Shown here: positions 25,655-35,770 of the stretch, in pieces
How the letters are laid out: every line of letters starts with the position of its first letter
How positions within the stretch are numbered: the stretch's first letter is position 1
DNA from: an uncultured Acidobacteriota bacterium
GTDB lineage: Bacteria; Acidobacteriota; Vicinamibacteria; Vicinamibacterales; CAVVIG01
Reading direction: 5' to 3'
Assembly (NCBI GenBank): GCA_963807925.1
Contig: CAWEDP010000002.1
Location: forward strand, 1,584,451 to 1,648,450
Length of the DNA stretch: 64,000 nt
Translations under genes and position numbers: made by a program
The notes under the pieces: model-generated
What the model saw: only the letters and a program-made list of their open reading frames with translations
Told to the model about the DNA's origin: nothing
The model's database searches: none

Positions 25655-26365
25655 TTGAGCATCGTAATCATGAACAGCGACGTGCAATCCGCGATTGACG
25701 CAACCCTCGACGGCAGGCCGGCCGAGGCGGCCGCCAGGACGCCGGCGCGCGGGCCCGGGCTGAATGCCCCCCTGTCCAAAGACACCAGGCTGGCCATCGA
25801 CATTCGCCAGCTCGTGGACCGGGGCGAGCTGGAACAGGCGCGCGAACTCTTTGCGGGGCTGGTGGACACCCACCAGCGCCGGGCGCTCCGGATCGCGTAT
25901 CAGTATCTTCGCGATGCCGCGGACGCCGACGAGGCGGTCCAGGATGCGTTCGTCAAGGTGTTCGCGCACATCAGCTCGTACCGCGAGGCGTGGCCGTTCG
26001 AGGTCTGGTTCACCCGGATCCTGACCAACGGCTGTCTGGATCGCCGCAAGGCCCGCGCGCGCCGCGACCGCTGGACCGTGCCGGCGGGGGAAACCGGCGG
26101 ACCCGACGACCCGAGAATGGCCGTCACCACGCTGCCCGACGCGAGTCCCGAGGCGCGGCTGCTGGCGCGCGAACGGCGGGCGCGCCTGGCGGGCGCGATC
26201 GACCGGCTCGACGGGCGGCAGCGGATGGTCTTCATGCTGTGCCACTACGGGGACCACACGCCGCGCGAAGTGAGCGCCATGACGGGCTTGAACGAATCGA
26301 CCGTGCGCGTGCACCTGTTCCGGGCCGCTCGCAAGCTGCGCGGCCTGCTCGGAGGAAAACCGTGA
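25655..26365 (+). CDS. ECF-type RNA polymerase sigma factor
   Basis: Region 2: RRALRIAYQYLRDAADADEAVQDAFVKVFAHISSYRE...FEVWFTRILTNGCLDRRK. Region 4: LDGRQRMVFMLCHYGDHTPREVSAMTGLNESTVRVHLFRAARKLR. Confidence 0.85.
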   Translation: MSIVIMNSDVQSAIDATLDGRPAEAAARTPARGPGLNAPLSKDTRLAIDIRQLVDRGELEQARELFAGLVDTHQRRALRIAYQYLRDAADADEAVQDAFVKVFAHISSYREAWPFEVWFTRILTNGCLDRRKARARRDRWTVPAGETGGPDDPRMAVTTLPDASPEARLLARERRARLAGAIDRLDGRQRMVFMLCHYGDHTPREVSAMTGLNESTVRVHLFRAARKLRGLLGGKP

Positions 26366-26997
26366 AGACACGCGGCTCGCACCTCCGCGAGGAGCGGCTC
26401 TTCGACTGCTACCTCGCGGTTCGCGGCGGCGATTTGCCCGACCCACCGGTGGCCGAGCACCTGACCGACTGCGACGACTGCGGTCGGCGCTACGCGGAGC
26501 TGACGCAGTTCATGGAACGGCTCGACGTCGAGGCGACGGCGGAAGCCGATGAGATCTTCACCGCGGACCGTCTGCGGGCGCAGCGCCAGCACATCGCGCG
26601 ACGCCTCGAGCATCTCGGGCACCCGGGACGGGTCATCAGCTTCCCGGGCCGCCACCCCGGGTTGCGCGCCGGGGCGGCCGCCCCGCGTCGGGCCCGGCGC
26701 TGGATCGCCGCCGCCGCCGCCGCCGGACTCTTCATCGGCGTCGGCACCGGCATTCTGCTCGACTGGGACCGTACGCCGGCAAGCGGCCCGTCGGGCACCG
26801 TCGCCCGACAGACCGTGCTCACGACGACCCCGACGACCGCGCGGCGCGACCGCGCCCCGGAGATCTCGCGGCCCGATCCGCGCGCCGACAACGCCTTCCT
26901 GTACCAGCTCGAGGAGGCCGGCGACCGTCCGCGCATCCGGGAGCTCTCGGCCGTCGATGCCATGACGCCGCACGTGCGCGAGGTGACCCTGCGGTGA
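26362..26997 (+). CDS. putative zinc-finger anti-sigma factor (single-pass membrane)
   Basis: The GTG start overlaps the sigma-factor stop (GTGA). HLTDCDDC = H-x3-C-x2-C motif. TM helix WIAAAAAAGLFIGVGTGILL. Confidence 0.6.
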   Translation: MKTRGSHLREERLFDCYLAVRGGDLPDPPVAEHLTDCDDCGRRYAELTQFMERLDVEATAEADEIFTADRLRAQRQHIARRLEHLGHPGRVISFPGRHPGLRAGAAAPRRARRWIAAAAAAGLFIGVGTGILLDWDRTPASGPSGTVARQTVLTTTPTTARRDRAPEISRPDPRADNAFLYQLEEAGDRPRIRELSAVDAMTPHVREVTLR

Positions 26998-27054
26998 CAT
27001 CGCGGTCGTGACGATTCACGATCGGGAGTCGACGCCGCCGGGGCCGCGCGTCGG

Positions 27055-27095
27055 TCCTTCCCGAACGGTGAGCGTCGCTCCTTCCCGAACGGTGA
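27055..27095. repeat. 17-bp perfect direct repeat (period 24 bp) upstream of ispH
   Basis: TCCTTCCCGAACGGTGA at 27055-27071 and 27079-27095, with a third degenerate CGTGAACGG at 27105-27113. Confidence 0.85.
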
Positions 27096-27128
27096 ACTGT
27101 CACTCGTGAACGGCCAGTCGCACCCCCC

Positions 27129-28316
27129 GTGCCTTCCCTGATCTTCCGCAAGGGCCTGGACATGAAGCAGGCCGTCGCCGGCATGCTCGCGGAGAGCTAT
27201 CACAGCGCGCTCATCGAGCACATCAAGGCGCACGATTTCGTCCACCGCGACGGACGGCTCACCATCCACCTGGCCCGGGAGTTCGGCTTCTGCTACGGGG
27301 TGGACCGCGCCGTCGATTACGCGTATCAGACGCGCCAGCGCTTTCCCGATCGCGCCGTCTATCTGACCGGTGAAATCATCCACAATCCCCATGTCAACGA
27401 TCGGCTGCGCGCCATGGGGATTCGGTTTCTGAGCGACGACCCGGCCGTCGTGCAGCGCCTCGGGCCCGATGCGGTCGTCATCCTGCCGGCCTTCGGCGTC
27501 ACGGTCGCCATGCTCCAGCAGCTCGAGCAGCGGGGGGCGGTGCTGATCGACACGACCTGCGGCTCCGTGCTGAACGTCTGGAAGAACGTCCGCCGCTACT
27601 GCGAGGGCGGCTACACCTCGATCATCCACGGAAAAGCGTGGCACGAGGAGACGCAGGCCACCGCCTCGCAGGCCGCCGCTCACGGCGGCCGCTACCTGGT
27701 CGTCCTCGATCGCGGCGAGGCCGCACAGGTGTGCGACTACATCCGGCGGGGCGGCGACGCGCGGGCGTTTCTCGACCGATTCAAGACCGCCGCCTCGCAC
27801 GGCTTCGAGCCCGATCGCGACCTCGCGCGCATCGGCCTCGCGAACCAGACGACGATGCTGATGTCCGAGTCGCTCGAAATCGGCGAGATGTTGAAAGCCG
27901 CCGTCGTCGATCGCTACGGCGAGGATGCGCTCGCCGGGCACTTCGAGGCGTTCGACACGATTTGCAGCGCCACGCAGGATCGGCAGGATGCGGTGGTCGC
28001 GTTGCTGACCGGCCGCCCGATCGACCTGATGGTGGTGATCGGGGGCTACAACAGCAGCAATACCTGCAATCTGGCGCGGATCTGCGCCGCGGCGAAGCCC
28101 ACGTTTCATATCGCCGATCCCGAGTGCCTGCTGTCGGCCGGCGAGATCCGGCATCGGCCCATCGCCGGAGGGCCCGAGCTCCGCAGCCAGGGGTGGCTGC
28201 CCGAGTCGGGGCCGGTGTCGATCGGTCTGACCTCGGGCGCGTCGACGCCGGACAACCTGGTCGGCCAGGCCGTCGCCCGCATCGCGGAACTGGCCGGTTC
28301 GAGTTCCTCCCGCTAA
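27129..28316 (+). CDS. ispH: 4-hydroxy-3-methylbut-2-enyl diphosphate reductase (long, cyanobacterial/plant-type IspH)
   Basis: LAREFGFCYGVDRAVDYAYQTRQRFPDRAVYLTGEIIHNPHVNDRL...TTCGSVLNVW...ICSATQDRQDAV...VIGGYNSSNT. The start could be ATG 27162 instead of GTG 27129. Confidence 0.85.
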   Translation: MPSLIFRKGLDMKQAVAGMLAESYHSALIEHIKAHDFVHRDGRLTIHLAREFGFCYGVDRAVDYAYQTRQRFPDRAVYLTGEIIHNPHVNDRLRAMGIRFLSDDPAVVQRLGPDAVVILPAFGVTVAMLQQLEQRGAVLIDTTCGSVLNVWKNVRRYCEGGYTSIIHGKAWHEETQATASQAAAHGGRYLVVLDRGEAAQVCDYIRRGGDARAFLDRFKTAASHGFEPDRDLARIGLANQTTMLMSESLEIGEMLKAAVVDRYGEDALAGHFEAFDTICSATQDRQDAVVALLTGRPIDLMVVIGGYNSSNTCNLARICAAAKPTFHIADPECLLSAGEIRHRPIAGGPELRSQGWLPESGPVSIGLTSGASTPDNLVGQAVARIAELAGSSSSR

Positions 28317-28323
28317 ACGGAAC

Positions 28324-28347
28324 GCGACGGGTCGTCGTAGTTTGTTT
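28324..28347 (+). terminator. possible intrinsic terminator after ispH
   Basis: GCGACG-GGT-CGTCGT stem-loop (one G-U pair) followed by AGTTTGTTT. Short stem. Confidence 0.35.
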
Positions 28348-28375
28348 AGGAACAGGCTTTCCCCGAGGTTTATCC

Positions 28376-28852
28376 ATGAGGCCGACCGTCTTCGGCTGGG
28401 CGCTGGCTGCCCTGCTCGTGGCTGTGCTGGCGCCGCCGGCCGCTGCTCAGAGCGGGTTTCCGTGGTGGAACGATCCGAAGGTCGTCCAGGAGCTGGGCCT
28501 TTCTCCGGACCAGTCCATGCGGGTCGACGCCATCTTCCGCGCCACGTTTCCGCTCCTGCGTCAGAGCAAAGAGGAACTGGATCGGCAGGAAGCCGAGCTG
28601 TCCCGCCTCGTGGAGGTTAACGCCGACGAGCCGACCGTCGTGCGGCAGGTCGACAAGGTGGAAACGGTCCGGTCCGGTCTCAACAAGTCACGGACGCTCA
28701 TGTTGCTGCACATGCGGCAAGTGCTGACGCCCAGACAGAACGCCAGGTTCAACGTGGTCTTTGAGCAATATCGCCGGGACAACCCGCGTCCGCCAGATCG
28801 CACGCCGGAGGCGTCCCGCCCGCCCGAGAAGGACCGGAGACCGTCCCGGTAA
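28376..28852 (+). CDS. periplasmic Spy/CpxP-family (LTXXQ) protein
   Basis: Signal peptide MRPTVFGWALAALLVAVLAPPAAAQ. Two LTXXQ-like motifs (LSPDQ, LTPRQ) in a helical protein of 158 aa. Confidence 0.6.
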   Translation: MRPTVFGWALAALLVAVLAPPAAAQSGFPWWNDPKVVQELGLSPDQSMRVDAIFRATFPLLRQSKEELDRQEAELSRLVEVNADEPTVVRQVDKVETVRSGLNKSRTLMLLHMRQVLTPRQNARFNVVFEQYRRDNPRPPDRTPEASRPPEKDRRPSR

Positions 28853-28882
28853 TCACGCTCAATTCGTCACGAGGATGAACGC

Positions 28883-30565
28883 ATGAAACGCGAAGGTTCG
28901 ATCTGGGTTCTGGCGACTGCATTGGCGCTCGGGGGGCTCCCGGCCTCGGCGCGGGCGCAACAACTCTCGGAGGCGCGCATCCAGGAATTGATTCGCGTCG
29001 CGGCCGAGCGCGTGGCGCAGGGGCAGGTGGCCTCGCCGCAGGTGGCGACGCCGGCGCCGCCGGCCGACGCCCGGCCGGTCGTCCACCTCTCGCTCGACGA
29101 TGCGGTGAAGCTGGCGCTCGAGCGCAATCTGGACATCGCGGTCCAGCGGCTGAACCCGGAGATCAACGACATCGCGATCGCGAGCCTGCGGTCGGTCTAC
29201 CACCCGTCGCTCACCTCCACGGTGTTCAACCGCGCGGCGGCGAACCCGTCGACGACGACGATTGCGGGCTCCACCACGGCGGGCGCCGCGGTGAACACGA
29301 CGCTGACCACCTATAACGCCGGCATCGCCCAGAGCATTCCGTTCGGCGGCGGCAACATCTCGGTCGCGCTGAACAACAACCGGCAGAGCACGACCAATGC
29401 GACCTCGCTGTTCAATCCGATCTACAACACCAACTGGTCCGGGACCTACACACAGCCGCTGATGCGCGGCTTCCGGACCGACAGCACCCGGCAGCAGCTG
29501 CAGGTGACGAAGATCAACCGCGACATCTCGGACGTGCAACTGCGGGCGTCGATCACCAACACGCTGTCGAACGTCCGGAACGCCTACTGGGACTACGTGT
29601 ACGCGGTGCAGGCGGTGGACGTCGCGCGGCAGTCGCTCACCCTGGCGAACCGGCTGGTGGAGGACAACCAGGTCCGCGTGCAGGTCGGCACGATGGCGCC
29701 GATCGACGTCGTCCAGGCGCGTTCGCAGGCGGCCACGTCGCAGCAGAACCTGGTGGCCGCGCAGGCGACCCAGCGGACCGCCGAGCTCGCCCTCAAGCGG
29801 CTCATCGTCGGCGGCACCGACGATGCGAACTGGGGCGCGGCGCTCGATCCGACGGATCGGCCCGAGTTCCGCGCGACCGAGGTGGACCTGGACGCGGCCA
29901 TCCGCCGCGCGCTCGCCGAACGCACCGACATCGACATCGCCAAGAAGAACGTCACCGCGAACGACGCCACGTTGAAGTACCTGAACGATCAGCTGCTGCC
30001 GCAGGCCGACCTGGTCGCGACCTACGGGCTCGTCGGCCTGGGCGGGTCGCAGCTCATCACCGAAGGGAGCGGCGTGAACCGGACGGTCGTCGGCAGCATT
30101 CCGGGCGGCTACTTCGACTCGCTGTCGTCGCTGCTGCGCTCGAACTACCCGACGTGGACCGTTCAGATGAACTTCTCATACCCGCTGGGACTGAGCACGC
30201 AGCAGGCGTCGGTGCAGCGTGCCCGGGTGCAATTGAGCCAGGTGCAGGCGCAGCTGAAGCAGATCGAGCTGCAGGTGGCGACCGAGGTCACCAACGCCGC
30301 GATCACCGTGCGCAACAACGCCGAGGCGGTGCAGGCGGCGCAGGCGGCGCGCGACCTGGCGCAGCAGCAGCTCGATGCGGAGAACAGCAAGTTCGAGGTC
30401 GGCATGTCGACCAACTACTTCGTCGTCCAGGCGCAGAATCAGCTGGCGACCGCACAGAACAGCGAGCTGCGGGCGGTGCTGAACTATCGCAAGGCACTCG
30501 TGGAGCTCGAGCGCGCGCAGTCGACGACGCTGCAGAGCGCCAACGTCACGATTCTCGGCCGTTAA
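28883..30565 (+). CDS. TolC-family outer-membrane efflux channel
   Basis: Signal peptide; LSLDDAVKLALERNLDIAVQRLNPEI...; two OEP repeats with long coiled segments; 560 aa. Confidence 0.9.
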   Translation: MKREGSIWVLATALALGGLPASARAQQLSEARIQELIRVAAERVAQGQVASPQVATPAPPADARPVVHLSLDDAVKLALERNLDIAVQRLNPEINDIAIASLRSVYHPSLTSTVFNRAAANPSTTTIAGSTTAGAAVNTTLTTYNAGIAQSIPFGGGNISVALNNNRQSTTNATSLFNPIYNTNWSGTYTQPLMRGFRTDSTRQQLQVTKINRDISDVQLRASITNTLSNVRNAYWDYVYAVQAVDVARQSLTLANRLVEDNQVRVQVGTMAPIDVVQARSQAATSQQNLVAAQATQRTAELALKRLIVGGTDDANWGAALDPTDRPEFRATEVDLDAAIRRALAERTDIDIAKKNVTANDATLKYLNDQLLPQADLVATYGLVGLGGSQLITEGSGVNRTVVGSIPGGYFDSLSSLLRSNYPTWTVQMNFSYPLGLSTQQASVQRARVQLSQVQAQLKQIELQVATEVTNAAITVRNNAEAVQAAQAARDLAQQQLDAENSKFEVGMSTNYFVVQAQNQLATAQNSELRAVLNYRKALVELERAQSTTLQSANVTILGR

Positions 30566-30605
30566 CCCGTTTCGTCTCGACCAGGATTCGGAGAAGACGA
30601 CGATC

Positions 30606-32453
30606 ATGAAACGCGCAATCATCGTTCTGCTGATCATCGCCGCCGGGGTTGGCGCCGGTGCGTACTACATGCGCCAGGGCAAGGCCGAGGTCACCGTGAA
30701 CACCTCGCCGGTCACCCGCGGCGACATCGTCGACACGGTCGGCGCCACCGGCGCGCTGCAGGCGGTGACGACCGTGACGGTCGGCAGCCAGGTGTCTGGC
30801 AATATCCAGACCCTCGACGCCGACTTCAACACCATCGTCAAGAAGGATCAGGTCATCGCCCGCCTGGATCCGTCGCTCTTCGACGCGCAGATGCAGCAGA
30901 CCAGGGCGAACCTCAGTCAGGCGAACGCGAACCTGACCAAGGCGCGCAGCGACCTCGATCGGAACAAGGTGCAGCTCGTGGACGCCCAGCAGAAGTTCAG
31001 CCGCGCGAAGGAGCTGGCGGCCAGGAGCCTCGTCCCGCAGAGCGACCTCGACGCAGCCAAGATCGCCGTCGACTCCGCGCAGGCGAGCGTCGTCTCGCAG
31101 CAGGCGACCGTCGTGCAGGCCGAGGCGCAGGTCAAGCAGTCCGAGGCGAGCGTGAACCAGAGTCAGGTGAACCTGGATCACACCGTCATCACCGCCCCGA
31201 TCGACGGAATCGTGATTCAGCGCAGCGTCGACATCGGACAGACGGTCGCGGCCAGCATGCAGGCGCCGACGCTGTTCGTGATCGCCGCAGACCTGACCAA
31301 GATGCAGGTCAATGCCAGCATCGACGAGTCGGACGTGGGCCGCATCCGGCCGTCGCAGAACGTGACCTTCCGCGTCGACGCCTATCCGGGGGAGACCTTC
31401 ACGGGCACCGTCGCGCAGGTCCGCCTGCAGCCGAAGGTCGTCCAGAACGTGACGACCTACGAGACCATCATCAACGTGCCGAACCCCGAGCTGAAGCTGA
31501 AGCCCGGGATGACCGCCAACCTGCGCGTCGAGATCGCGCGGCGCACCGACGTGGTGAAGGTGCCGAACGCGGCCATCCGCTTCCGCCCGAACAACGACAT
31601 CTTCGCGGCGCTGAACCAGACGCCGCCGCCCGACGCGCAGTATGTCGGCGGCCGCGGCCGCGGCGGTCGGGGACGCAACGCCGGACAGGGCGGCGGCCTC
31701 GAGCCTGACACGCCGGCGGCGGCCGCCCCGGCGACCTCCAGCGCGCGCGGACAGGGTCAGCCGGCCGGACAGACCGCGCAGGCCGGCGCCGCGCCGGGCG
31801 CGGCGGCTCCGCCGGCTGGCGGCACCGCGGGCGACGCGCCCCGTCGGCGCGGCAACGGCCAGGGCGGCCAGTTCAATGCCGATCGCACGGGCGGCGACCT
31901 GGCCGGCGGCCGCGGCGGGTTCGGCGGTCGCGGCGGCGACAACGCGGCCGGCGTCGGAGGACGCGGCGGCTTCGGCGCCGACGGCGGCGACCGCAACGCG
32001 CGGATGCTGGAGCGCTTCAAGACGATGTCGCCCGACGAGCAGAAGCAGTTCATCGCCCGGATGAAGGAGCGCGGCGTTGACGTGAGCGCGCTGGAAAAGG
32101 CGGGGATCGCCAAGCCCGCGAAGAACACCGCCGCCAAGTCGGCCGTCCCGGTCTTGCCGGAAACGATCGACGCGCTGTTTGCACCGCTGCCCCCCGTGGA
32201 ATCGCGCGGCCGCGTGTGGCTCTATGTCGGCAAACAGCTCAAGCCGGTCAATCTGCGCCTGGGCATCACCGACGGCACCAACACCGAGCTGCTCGGCGGC
32301 GAGCTTCCGGCGGGCACCGACGTCGTCACCGGCGTCCTGACGGGCGCGATGCGTCCGGCCGCCGGCGGGCAGCAGGGCAATCCGCTCCTGCCGCAGGGCG
32401 GCCGCGGGCAGGGCGGATTCGGCGGGTTCCCCGGCGGCGGCCGAGGTCGATAG
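30606..32453 (+). CDS. macA: MacA/HlyD-type periplasmic adaptor with a ~190-aa Gly/Arg-rich insertion
   Basis: N-terminal TM anchor, lipoyl and coiled-coil hairpin ([25 protein letters not shown]...), beta-barrel ([23 protein letters not shown]). The RGG-rich insert comes before the membrane-proximal domain ([22 protein letters not shown]). 615 aa. Confidence 0.85.
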   Translation: MKRAIIVLLIIAAGVGAGAYYMRQGKAEVTVNTSPVTRGDIVDTVGATGALQAVTTVTVGSQVSGNIQTLDADFNTIVKKDQVIARLDPSLFDAQMQQTRANLSQANANLTKARSDLDRNKVQLVDAQQKFSRAKELAARSLVPQSDLDAAKIAVDSAQASVVSQQATVVQAEAQVKQSEASVNQSQVNLDHTVITAPIDGIVIQRSVDIGQTVAASMQAPTLFVIAADLTKMQVNASIDESDVGRIRPSQNVTFRVDAYPGETFTGTVAQVRLQPKVVQNVTTYETIINVPNPELKLKPGMTANLRVEIARRTDVVKVPNAAIRFRPNNDIFAALNQTPPPDAQYVGGRGRGGRGRNAGQGGGLEPDTPAAAAPATSSARGQGQPAGQTAQAGAAPGAAAPPAGGTAGDAPRRRGNGQGGQFNADRTGGDLAGGRGGFGGRGGDNAAGVGGRGGFGADGGDRNARMLERFKTMSPDEQKQFIARMKERGVDVSALEKAGIAKPAKNTAAKSAVPVLPETIDALFAPLPPVESRGRVWLYVGKQLKPVNLRLGITDGTNTELLGGELPAGTDVVTGVLTGAMRPAAGGQQGNPLLPQGGRGQGGFGGFPGGGRGR

Positions 32454-32455
32454 AC

Positions 32456-33214
32456 GTGGCGCCGGACGTTCCTGTCATCGCCGTCAAGAATCTCGTCAAG
32501 ACCTATGTGGTCGGCGAGATCGAGGTGAAGGCGCTGCGCGGCGTCAACCTCGAGGTGCAGCGCGGCGAGTTTCTCGCCGTGACCGGGCAGTCGGGATCCG
32601 GCAAATCGACCTTCATGCACATCGCCGGGTGCCTCGACAAGCCGACCTCCGGTCAGTACTTCCTGGACGGCGAGGACGTGTCCAGGATGACGAAGGATCA
32701 GCTGGCGGCGGTGCGCAACAAGAAGATCGGGTTCGTCTTCCAGGGGTTCAACCTGCTCTCGCGCACGACCGCCCTCGACAACGTCGAGCTGCCGCTGCTC
32801 TACGGCGCGTCGGGGTTGAGAGGGGTGGATCGCCACAAGCGGGCGATGGAAATGCTGTCGGCCGTCGGCCTCGACGAGCGCGCGGATCACCATCCCAATC
32901 AGCTGTCGGGCGGCCAGCAGCAGCGCGTCGCGATCGCCCGCTCGCTCATCAACAACCCCTCCATCCTGCTGGCCGACGAGCCGACCGGCAATCTCGATAC
33001 GCGCACCAGCATCGAGGTCATGGAGATCTTCCAGCGGCTCAACCGCGAGCGCGGCATCACGGTCGTCCTGATCACGCACGAGCACGACATCGCCGAGTAC
33101 GGCACCCGCATCGTGCAGTTCCGTGACGGTCAGGTGGTGGCCGATCGAGCGGTGACCGAGCGGCGCGACGCGCGCGACGAGCTGGCCGCGCTGCCGGTGG
33201 CGGCGGCCGGCTAG
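32456..33214 (+). CDS. macB: MacB-type ABC transporter ATP-binding protein
   Basis: GTG start 2 nt after the macA stop. [45 protein letters not shown]...[16 protein letters not shown]...[11 protein letters not shown]. Confidence 0.9.
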   Translation: MAPDVPVIAVKNLVKTYVVGEIEVKALRGVNLEVQRGEFLAVTGQSGSGKSTFMHIAGCLDKPTSGQYFLDGEDVSRMTKDQLAAVRNKKIGFVFQGFNLLSRTTALDNVELPLLYGASGLRGVDRHKRAMEMLSAVGLDERADHHPNQLSGGQQQRVAIARSLINNPSILLADEPTGNLDTRTSIEVMEIFQRLNRERGITVVLITHEHDIAEYGTRIVQFRDGQVVADRAVTERRDARDELAALPVAAAG

Positions 33215-33231
33215 CGGAGGCGAGGTACAAC

Positions 33232-34449
33232 ATGGCAGTCCTGATGATCTTCCGCATCGCCCTGAAGGCGCTCGGACGCAACAAGCTGCGGACGGCGCTG
33301 ACCATGCTCGGCATGATCATCGGCGTGGCCGCGGTGATCACGATGGTGGCGCTCGGCACGGGCGCCCAGTCATCGATCGACGCGCAGATCCAGACGGCCG
33401 GCACCAACACCATCATCATCAACGCCGGCAACTTCTCGCAGGGCGGCGTCCGCCAGGGCCAGGGCAACGCGAGCACGCTGGTCCCCGACGACGCGGCGGC
33501 GGTCACCCAGGTGCCGGGCGTGCTCTACACCTCCGCGCAGTCGAACACGCGCGGCCAGATGGTCGCCGGCAACCAGAACTGGAACACGCAGCTCCAGGGC
33601 GTGGACATCGACTATCCGCTCATCAACGCCTGGCAGACCGACTCGGGCGCGTTCTTCACGGCGCAGGACGTGACCACGGCCGCGAAAGTCGTGGTCATCG
33701 GCACGGTGGTCCGCGATCAGCTGTTCGGGCCCGACGTGGATCCGGTCGGCCAGGTCATCCGCATTCAGCAGCAGCCGTTCACGGTCGTCGGCGTGCTCGG
33801 CTCGAAGGGCCAGTCCAACACCGGGCAGGACCGCGACGACGTGGCGTTCGCGCCCTACACCACCGTCATGAAGAAGATGCGCGGCGTGACGTTCCTCAAC
33901 CAGATCGTCGTGTCGGCCGCCGACTCCTCGCAGGTGGCGGCGACGGCCGACCGCATCGCGGCGGTGATCCGCGTGCGCCACAAGATCCAGCCGGGCGACC
34001 CCGACGACTTCATGGTGCGAACCATCGAAGAGATGGCCAGCGTCCGGAAGGAGGCGACGCAGACGATGACGGCGCTCCTGGCGAGCATCGCGGGTGTGTC
34101 GCTGCTCGTCGGCGGCATCGGCATCATGAACATCATGCTGGTGTCGGTCACCGAGCGCACGCGCGAGATCGGTCTCCGCATGGCCATCGGCGCCCGCGGC
34201 CGCGACGTGCTGCTGCAGTTCCTGGTGGAAGCGGTGGTGCTCAGCCTCGTCGGCGGCGGCATCGGCATCGCGCTCGGCTTCGGGCTCGCCCAGGGCGTGA
34301 CGCTGTGGCAAGGGTGGCCGACCGCCGTGTCGGCCAACTCCATCGCCGTCGCGTTCGGGTTCGCGGCCGCGACCGGTGTCTTCTTCGGCTTCTATCCGGC
34401 CCGGAAGGCCGCCGCGCTGGATCCGATCGAGGCGCTCCGATTCGAGTGA
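33232..34449 (+). CDS. macB: MacB-type ABC transporter permease (MacB periplasmic domain + FtsX domain)
   Basis: FRIALKALGRNKLRTALTMLGMIIGVAAVI...; large periplasmic loop; ERTREIGLRMAIGARGRDVLLQFLVEA; 405 aa. Confidence 0.9.
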   Translation: MAVLMIFRIALKALGRNKLRTALTMLGMIIGVAAVITMVALGTGAQSSIDAQIQTAGTNTIIINAGNFSQGGVRQGQGNASTLVPDDAAAVTQVPGVLYTSAQSNTRGQMVAGNQNWNTQLQGVDIDYPLINAWQTDSGAFFTAQDVTTAAKVVVIGTVVRDQLFGPDVDPVGQVIRIQQQPFTVVGVLGSKGQSNTGQDRDDVAFAPYTTVMKKMRGVTFLNQIVVSAADSSQVAATADRIAAVIRVRHKIQPGDPDDFMVRTIEEMASVRKEATQTMTALLASIAGVSLLVGGIGIMNIMLVSVTERTREIGLRMAIGARGRDVLLQFLVEAVVLSLVGGGIGIALGFGLAQGVTLWQGWPTAVSANSIAVAFGFAAATGVFFGFYPARKAAALDPIEALRFE

Positions 34450-34493
34450 GAAAACGTCAGCGGCAGGCGCAATAAGGAAGTCGACGGCGACCC

Positions 34494-34507
34494 GATTACC
34501 GGTAATC
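34494..34507. promoter_or_regulatory. perfect 14-bp palindrome, candidate repressor operator upstream of the first RND operon
   Basis: GATTACCGGTAATC, 109 nt upstream of the adaptor ATG. TATAGT -10-like hexamer at 34539-34544. Confidence 0.35.
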
Positions 34508-34615
34508 AGGTACCCCGTCGCCTCCCCGATGCGCGTGTATAGTAGGAATACTTGGTTCCCAACAGGCTCAACCGACGACCGCACGTCCTCGAACTTCGTG
34601 AGATCGGGTCACTCC

Positions 34616-35770
34616 ATGCGCCGCAGTCGTAGTCTGCCACTCCTGGTCCTGGCCGCCCTGTCCGCCCTGTCGATCGCGTGTTCGGGCGGCGAGGCGTCGA
34701 ACGCCCCGGCGTCCGGCGGCGGCCGCGGCGGTCAGCAGAGCGCCCTCGTCCCGGTCACGGTGGCGACGGTCGAACAGAAATCGATGCCGATCGAGATCCG
34801 CGTGATCGGCACCGCCGAAGCGTACTCGACCGTGGCGATCCACGCCCAGATTACCGGCCAGCTGACCGCCGTCAACTTCCGGGAAGGCGACGACGTGCGC
34901 GCGGGGCAGACGCTCTTCGAGCTGGACCGGCGCCCGCTCGAAGCGGCGCTGCAGCAGTCGCAGGCGAACCTCCAGCGCGATGTGGCGCAGGCGGCCAATG
35001 CCGACGCGCAGGCCAAGCGGTACCAGGATCTGGCCGAGCGCGGCATCGCGACGCGCGAGCAGGTCGAAGCGATGCGAACCGGCGCGGCGGCGCTCAATGC
35101 GACGGTGGAAGCCGACCGCGCCGCCGTCGACAACTCCAAGGTGCAGCTGCAGTATGCGACCATCGCCGCGCCGATCGCGGGGCGAACCGGCGCCCTGATG
35201 GTGCATGCCGGCAACCTGGTCCGCGCCAACGACACGACGCCGCTGGTCATCGTCAACCAGGTGACGCCGATCTACGTCTCGTTCGCGATTCCCGAATCGC
35301 GTCTGCCCGATCTGAAGCGTTACATGGCGCTCGGCTCGCTGGCCGTGGAGGCCCGGTCGCCCACCGAGGAGGGCGCCTCGTCGCACGGCCGCATCACGTT
35401 CGTCGACAATAGCGTGGATCAGACGACCGGCACGATCCGGATCAAGGCGACGTACCCCAACGAGGATCGGCGCCTGTGGCCGGGACAGTTCGTCAACGTG
35501 ACGGTCGCGCTCACCAAGGATCCGTCGGCCGTCGTGGTGCCGGCGGCGGCGGTGCAGGTGGGGCAGCAGGGCCAGTACACCTACGTCGTGCGGCCCGATC
35601 GATCGGTCGAATACCGGCCGGTGGTCGTGGAGCGCACCACCGATCAGGAAAGCGTGATCAAGAGCGGCCTCAAGCCCTCGGAAGTGGTCGTCACCGACGG
35701 TCAGCTGCGCCTGGTCGCCGGCAGCCGGGTCAGCATCAAAGGGGAAGAGTCCCCGAAGGTCACCCCATGA
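34616..35770 (+). CDS. RND efflux periplasmic adaptor lipoprotein (adaptor 1)
   Basis: Lipobox LSIAC. AYSTVAIHAQITGQLTAVNFREGDDVRAGQTLFELD...LQYATIAAPIAGRTG. Its stop overlaps the pump start (ATGA). Confidence 0.9.
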   Translation: MRRSRSLPLLVLAALSALSIACSGGEASNAPASGGGRGGQQSALVPVTVATVEQKSMPIEIRVIGTAEAYSTVAIHAQITGQLTAVNFREGDDVRAGQTLFELDRRPLEAALQQSQANLQRDVAQAANADAQAKRYQDLAERGIATREQVEAMRTGAAALNATVEADRAAVDNSKVQLQYATIAAPIAGRTGALMVHAGNLVRANDTTPLVIVNQVTPIYVSFAIPESRLPDLKRYMALGSLAVEARSPTEEGASSHGRITFVDNSVDQTTGTIRIKATYPNEDRRLWPGQFVNVTVALTKDPSAVVVPAAAVQVGQQGQYTYVVRPDRSVEYRPVVVERTTDQESVIKSGLKPSEVVVTDGQLRLVAGSRVSIKGEESPKVTP

